Shown here one piece after another: positions 57,388 through 64,000 of a stretch of 64,000 bases of DNA; position 1 is the first letter of the stretch; every line of letters begins with the position of its first letter. The notes under the pieces were generated by a model that made no database searches, was not told the DNA's origin, and saw only the letters and a list, made by a program, of their open reading frames with translations. The DNA lies in the NCBI GenBank assembly GCA_965112735.1, contig OZ218957.1, positions 2,170,001 through 2,234,000 of the forward strand. Direction: 5' to 3'. This DNA is from Phaeosaccion multiseriatum. Its lineage: Eukaryota; Protista; Ochrophyta, other classes. Made by a program: the position numbers and the translations under genes.

Positions 57388-60300
57388 ATGGAAGAGGACA
57401 TTGACGAGTTTAGACAGCGAGAATCAAAAAACAATTAAAAGACGCCGCAAGGGGCAGACCGGCTGTACGCCCAAGGCGGCTCCTAGTATGCTCCATTTCT
57501 TGAGCAGGAGAGGGAAAGACTCACCCAAATCGGGACCCGCAGCTGACGGGAGGCAGAGTGGGGTTGGCAGCGCTGGCGTTGTAGACGACGGTCAGCCATG
57601 CCCTGTCTGCGCGCGGCTGTTCTCCAAGGTGTCCATCGCGTTTCATGTGGAGGAGTGCCTGAAGGCGCAGGAGAAGGGGCGAAATCAGCAGCAGGGGGAG
57701 AAGCTGAAGGGGCGCCATAATGGTGAAAGGGGGGTATCTGCTGCCAAGAGACCAAAGACTGCGAGCGCCGCAAATGAAAGCAGTCCCCACTCAGACGATG
57801 ATTCTATTTGGGTTGACGACCCTTTCGGGGCAGGGCCTTTGCATGGGTCAGGGGAAGTCCCGCCGCCGCAGAAACAGGAGAGCAGCACAAAGAAGAAACG
57901 GCAGCTGCAAGAGACGTACAACTCCTCGTCAGATCAGCAGTGGCAGCAGAGGCAGCAGCAGCATAAGACGTTCAAGTCCTCCAAGTTGACGAGAGAGAAG
58001 TCTACTGCCGGTCCTGCTGCGGCTCCTGTTGCGATGGCCGCAACCTGTATCGGCAGCAGCAAGAGTACCAAAGACAAAGCAAAAAGCAGCAGCAGCAAGG
58101 GGATAGCCAAGAGCAAAGGCAAGGCGTCGTTAGAGAAGGCACGGAGGGAGCAGGAGGAGCAGCGGGAGAAGGAGGAGCGTCAGTACACTTTGTCTCAGCT
58201 CCTACCAGCGTCAGCCTCCCCCTCCTCGCCCTCCCCTCTCTTCCAGCCAGAGACGCGGACAGAAAAAGAGGGGAAAGAGGGGAGGGGAGAGCAGATGGGA
58301 GAGACGGGCTTACTGTGCCAGGAGGGCGATGGAGCGGCGGGATCGGAGGCTACAGGTCCTGGTGCTGCTGCTGCTCTGACCGAACAGCAGCGGCTGACTC
58401 TAATTTTGAGTACAGCCAAGGCAATGCGGTGAGTGGACAGGGCTTCTCTGTTGTAGTGTTATGGTCTCCCATCCTCGCTCTCCTCCTCCTCCTCCTCCTC
58501 CCCCTCCTCCTCCTCCTCCTCCTCCTCCTCCTCCTCCTCCTCCTCCTCCTCCTCCTCCTCCTCCTCCTCCTCCAGCTGCTGCTGCTGCTCTTCTTGTGCT
58601 CTGCGCGAATGTCTCACCCCCACACCTCCCCTCCACGTCCCACCGCCTGTCCGCCCCTTTCAGGCAAATGGACAGAGATGGGTCAAGCCCCAGCGAGCGT
58701 GGCATGGGATGGCTCACGCGAACTGCGAGCCACCACACCCAAGTAGGGCATCAGTTGGTTATACATCAGCCGCCAGGGGTGTACGGCGGGCAGGGGGAGG
58801 GCGGGGACGAGGCGGCGGCGGCGGAATGCAATTCGCTCCTCTCCTTGGCTGAATACGTAGACAGAGTTGGCGGTGGACCGTGCAAGGGAGGGGACAACAC
58901 GACAAAAGGGCGGGGAAGGCCGAGAGAAGACGAGGTCTACCACCACGGCAGGCCCCAGGACAGGCGGGAGGAGGAGGAGGAGGAGGAGGAGGAGGAGGAG
59001 GAGGAGGAGGAGGAGGAGGAGGAGGAGGAGCGCGTCAATGGTAGTGGATGTCAAGGAGAAGAAGCACTGGGCATGGCGAGAAAGCGGAGGAGGACGAGGA
59101 GGGAGGAGGAGGAGGGGAATGGAGGTGTATCGTGCGATGTTGCAACCATAAACCCCGGCTTGCTCGCTGGAAGTAGCTTGCTGGCGAAGTACTTTGGCGT
59201 GCTTGGCTGGACGAAAGCCGCTTGGTACGTCAGTGCAGGTCTGCGGGAGGAGAGAGGGGGAAGCCTAGAGGCACCCGCCGTCGTCGCTGCTGTTGTATCA
59301 CCAACTGTCGCTCCTGCTTCTTCTGCTCTTGCCCCAAGCAAAACTGCGACAGCATTGGCTGTGGGAAGGGCAACAGCACCTGCAGCATTAGCATCAGCAG
59401 CGGCAAGAGGCGGAGCGGCAGGGGGAAAGGGCGAGGGGACCGAGAAGGAGGTGAGGAAGGGCGAGAGGAGGGCGCCAATCGAAGAGCACCAGCCGCACCG
59501 CCCCCTCCACCCCCACCACGAGGGGGCGCTTGGAGGAGAGGGACGCAAAGGTGGCAATGGCCATGCAACTGACGAGAAGATTGTATCACCAACTGCTGCA
59601 GAAGGTGACCTTGGTCCATGTGGTCATACCACCGGTTCTGTAGCTACTGGTGCGGTTCTTGGAGGAGCAGGAACAGGAGCGGAACTCCTTCCTCCCGGCT
59701 CGACGCGCGCCCCACACGAGAAGAAGCTGGAGCAGAAGGTACCACAGCAGCAGCAGCAGCAGCAGCAGCAGCCGCAGCAGCAGCAGCCGCAGCAGCCGTT
59801 GGTGATACAGCGGGAAGCACCAGTACCAGTGCCAGAACCCACTGATAGGCAGAGAACGGCACCGGAAGGGAGGAGCAGCAGCAACAGTAACGTCTCGCAG
59901 TGGGCGCGGAGAGACAGAGAGCTGCCGAGGGGGAATGGGCAGGCAGACCCCAAGGTGTGCAGCGACACTGCCTCGCAGCAGCAGCAGCAGAAGCAGCAGC
60001 AGCAGTTGCCCAGCCGGAAGGTCACAGGTGGTGTATCACCAAGTAGTGCTGTTCCTGCCCCTTCTGCTCCTGCTCCTTCTCCCCGGCAGGGGGGCAGTGG
60101 GAGTGGCAGCAGTCCGAATTCGCGCCTCGGTGATGACTGCGGGCGCGTGAGTGGCGGAGCGCCACTACCGCTGAAGTCGCCCTCCTCGGCACCTCCTCAC
60201 CGCAACGAGCACCGTCGGGCTCCGCTTTTGAGAGGTGAGGGAGAGGTACTGACAGAGGAGCATTGGCAGGCACAGGGGACACAGCCACAGGCAGGCCCGA

Positions 60301-61319
60301 CAGGGGGCACAGGGCTGTGCGTGCATGTAGGAGGAGGCTTCCTTCCTCCCTTCCTTCCTTCCTCCTCCGGAGGCCCTTCCTTCTGTATGGTTATGGTTTG
60401 CATTCATTCCCCTAATTTCTCTCTTTTGGGTATTCTGGTGCGCAAAGTAGAGGACCAAACCAACCACTAGTTAAGCTTATCTGATCTGACATTGTCTTCC
60501 TCCTCCTCCCTTTCTCGTTCCGCTCTGACTTTTCCAGTCAACAACGGCTCGTCAAACACCAGCAATGGGGCGGGTTGGAGCTTGCCCGGAGGGGGTGGAG
60601 CAGACGCTGCTGCAAGACCAACCGGTAGCAGTGGTAGCAGCGGCGGTGGCGGTGCTGGTGCTATACCATCAACTGCTGCTTTTGCGGTTACAGGGGACGA
60701 CGAGAAGGCTATGCGCCTTCGCAAGGCCGCGCGGCTCAAAGCGGAGTGGCAGGCAAGGAGGGACAAAAAGAGGCAGCAGGAGGAGGAGGAGGGGGGGGGG
60801 GCAGAGGGCGTCAGAGAGGGAGCAGAGGCGCTGCGAAGGAAGCAGCAGCAGCCGCAGCAGCCGCAGCAGCATCAGCAGCATCAGCAGTATCAGCTGCAGC
60901 ATCCGCAGCATCCCCAGTTGGTGATACAGCAGCAGCAGCAAATTGATCCGAACCCCAGGTACCCAATCGCAGTGCCTGCTCCCGATCAGGCCCAGCAGGG
61001 GCGGCTCCGGATCGTTGCCAGTGCCTCTAGGAAGGTGAGCATGCGCTCCGAAGCCGAGATTGACTCTCCCAGCTCGGAAATCCTCGGCTGTTTAAAGACA
61101 GGAGAGGAGGTATCGTACTGTGAGGTACGGCGGCTGCCAGCATTTGGCGACGCTTGTGTGGATGTGTGGCGCTACAAGCTCGTCCCGGACGGCCAGTTGG
61201 TGGTACAGAGGAGCGGCGGTGGTGGGGGGGGTGGGTGGGTGAGTAGTCATGGTCGGAAAAAGGCTGATTTCTACACGATATGCCAGCTTCTTCCTCCTCT
61301 TCCTTCGCAAAGGAGGTAG
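57388..61319 (+). CDS. Large low-complexity protein with N-terminal UBZ4-like finger and C-terminal SH3b-like domain, about 3 exons
   Basis: CPVCARLFSKVSIAFHVEECL; C-terminal VSMRSEAEIDSPSSEILGCLKTGEEV...WRYKL...GWVS. The ATG at 57388 joins the long frame only if the A6 at 57426-57431 is A5; otherwise the start is downstream. Confidence 0.6.
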
Positions 61320-62079
61320 AAGCCCTCTTCCCCGTCTCTTCTTCTTTTACCCCATCGAAATACAGTACATAGTGTACAAAACAGCACTTGATATACATGT
61401 ATATACATTGATCTATTACATGCATGGCATGAAGATGATGGTGATAAGAGAAGGAGAGTATAAAAGCAGAAATCTCTCTCTCTCTATCACGCCGTTAACT
61501 GCCATCTGTGGTATGGTATGGAGGCCCCACTGGACACAACTACTACTTAGTACAGGATACTGTACCGCACTGCATGAAGAGAGATTGCGCTCTGCATTAA
61601 GCGGGCTACTGACGAGCGTGTAGGCAGGGTTGGTGCGCCTTGGCGGGGTCTACAGAGAGGCATGGACGAAGGCGAGCAAGCAGAGCGATGGGGGAAAAGG
61701 ACGTTTCGTAGCGGCAAGAAGAAGGAATGCAAAAGACTCGTGGACAGGATGCTAAGCTTATGATTAGGACCGGTGCAAGCCGGCCGAACGTCTGCTTATG
61801 GCCAGCGACCGCCGTAATCTTCTGTCCGAGGCCGACAAGGAATGCACATGATTTGTGGCGTGGGGAGCGGGAAGGGCTAGGCAAGAGCTGGGCACCAGAC
61901 AGCACACACGCCACAGTGCTGGAGCTGTCACAGGCTGGCGATGCTCCGCCTCACTGCATACGGTGTCCATAATGTGTCCACGAACGGAAGTGTACTCCAT
62001 CAGTTGTGGGGGGCAGAGGGTACCCGTCCTCGCTACAGCAGCAGCAGTTGGTGATACATCAGCACTGGTCTGTGCGTGC

Positions 62080-63747
62080 TCACAGCTTGGCGTAGCCGAG
62101 GACGAGCGGCCTGAGGTGGTCCTTGTACCCCACCACGGGGTCCGTCCTGTTCAGGGGGTTGCGGCGAGCGCTCTCCATCAGGCCTGGTGTCGAGTGTGGG
62201 GGGGGGAGTGGGTGAGACAGTAAGAGGGGGTGGGGGAGAGTGGGTGAGACAGCAAGAGGGGGTGGGAGAGAGTGGGTGAGACAGTAAGAGGGGGTGGGGG
62301 AGAGTGGGTGAGAGAGTGGGGGAGGAGGGGCACGAGAGTGAGTGAGTGAGAGAGAGTGATGGAGGAGGGGGCCGAGAGTGAGTGAGTGCGAGAGTGAGTG
62401 AGTGAGTGAGTGCATGTTCTGTCTCACGAGGACGGTCACGAGAGTGTGTGCGCTTGACTGTACACCTAACCCCACGCAGAGTAGCGCAAAAAACCCACAA
62501 AACAGCATTCATTGACATCTCTGCGGAGAGCGGAGTATCATCATCATCATCAGCAGCAGCAGCAGCACCAGAAAGTACTCTTTCCTTCTCCCCTCCCCTC
62601 CACTCCCCTCCTCTCCTCTCGCTCTCACCTTGGTACACCCTTCCATCCCTCCTCCCCAGAGCCGACTGCAGGAGCATCATATCGCTTATGTCCCACGCGT
62701 CTACCAGAGCCACCGCGTGGGGCCTTAGCTCATGCAGCAGCCGCACCACCCCTTGCCGCACCCACTGGGCCTGCTCTGCGCTGAGGAAGCCGTCCTCCGT
62801 GAAGTCGCCCATCTCTCGCTCTATCCAGTACAGCCCGAAGAGGCTCTGCGTGTGTGTGTGTGTGTGCATGTGCATGTGTGTGTGTGTGAGCGTGTGTGTG
62901 TGCATGTGTGTGTGCATGTGTGTGTGCGTGCATGTGTGTGTGTGTGGTGTGTACGTTTGTGTAGTGTTGTGTGTAAGGGGGGGGGCGAACAAAGACAACA
63001 TGCATAATCGCACACCCACCACGCCAGAGAGAGAGAGGGACAGAGACAGCGATAGACAGACAGAGAGACAGAAGACAGACAGAGAGACAGAGACAGAGAG
63101 AGAGGGAGAGAGAGATGGAGAGATAGGAGAGAGAGAGAGAGGGAGGGAGACACAGACAGACAGACAGAGAGGGGTCACGTGAAGTGCGTGGCGTTAGTGG
63201 GGAATGCCAGGGCAAGGGCAAAGGGATGTGACCTGTAGGAGCCTTCATGAGGGGGTGGTAGAGAGCAGGAGCCTAACCGTTAGGGAGTCAGTAAAGGCAC
63301 CAGAGGGAAAGACGTAGTACATATACACACAGCTGCTGTTTTCTCCTCCTCCTCCTCCTCCTCCTCCTCCTCCTCCTCCGCCCATTCCTCCTTCTCCTTC
63401 CTCCCTCCCTTGTCTTCTCTCTCCTGAGCTCACCCCACCCCTCACGCACCGGCAGCATGCGTAGAGCCTCGGCTGTCCGCCCCTCCACATGCCCTCCCGT
63501 TGCCGCCCCCTCCACCCCCTCGTGAAAGTGCTGCAGCACAAGATTCATGCAGTGGGCTCGACTGGCGCGGTAGATCTCCTGCAAGACAAGACAGGAAGAT
63601 GAGGAGTGCAGATATATGCATGAAAGTCGACATCACCAGCCGAGGAAGAGCGACATCATAAGTATGTGTATGTTTGTCGACAGCACCCGCAGCCAGATGG
63701 GTGGACAGTCGACGCAAGACATAAGAGAGTTTACGGCCCGCATCATG

Positions 63748-63795
<48 letters not shown>

Positions 63796-64000
63796 AAGAG
63801 AAGAGCGAGAGAGACAGAGATAGAGGGAAAATCAAGCAGCGAGGCAGCCCGTCGGTAGTAGTCAGTAAGACAACCATCCCGACACCCCCCTCCTACTCCA
63901 GGCAGAGGGCTCTAAACCTTACGTAACCCTTACGTAACTGATCCTTACTGACATATCCCTCAACTTACCACAAGAGAGCGGTTCCACGCCTCCTCAGCAC
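62080..64000 (-). CDS. Peroxisomal acyl-CoA oxidase, 3' exons (gene begins beyond the right edge)
   Basis: AWNRSLV|EIYRASRAHC; LLHELRPHAVALVDAWD...SALGRRDGRVY; RNPLN; PTS1 -AKL*. Confidence 0.94.

Overview
Intron-rich, GC-rich, microsatellite-laden eukaryotic DNA (gene content suggests an algal/stramenopile-type genome; this is inference). Recognisable genes: GH1 glycosidase (partial), GT61 glycosyltransferase, CPA2 cation/H+ antiporter, sulfotransferase, PABPN1, CNOT10, two head-to-head F-box/LRR paralogs, acyl-CoA oxidase (partial), plus several hypothetical genes. Three paralogs encode tandem CxxxxC-x9-C-x2-H zinc-finger-like repeats (CTVEGCEK...GGLCxRHG). The main feature is a head-to-tail pair of 6,738-bp CRE-clade non-LTR retrotransposons (RT plus restriction-like endonuclease, with two RING fingers and an ACP-like domain) inserted antisense into the GCE codons of one of these repeat genes. 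All three junctions carry TGTGAGA, implying site specificity. On the host strand the element has a perfect AG|GTAAGT donor 41 nt inside one end and a CAG acceptor at the other, so it may be removed from the host mRNA as a spliceosomal intron. Splicing restores the host frame only if an A8 run is really A9. Also present: two MITE-like elements sharing TCGGC...GCCGA ends, a pre-miRNA-like hairpin found in only one of two duplicates, a dispersed 13-mer CAGTTGGTGATAC, and loss or gain of the two 3'-most introns between F-box paralogs. Exon boundaries were read by eye and homopolymer lengths look unreliable.
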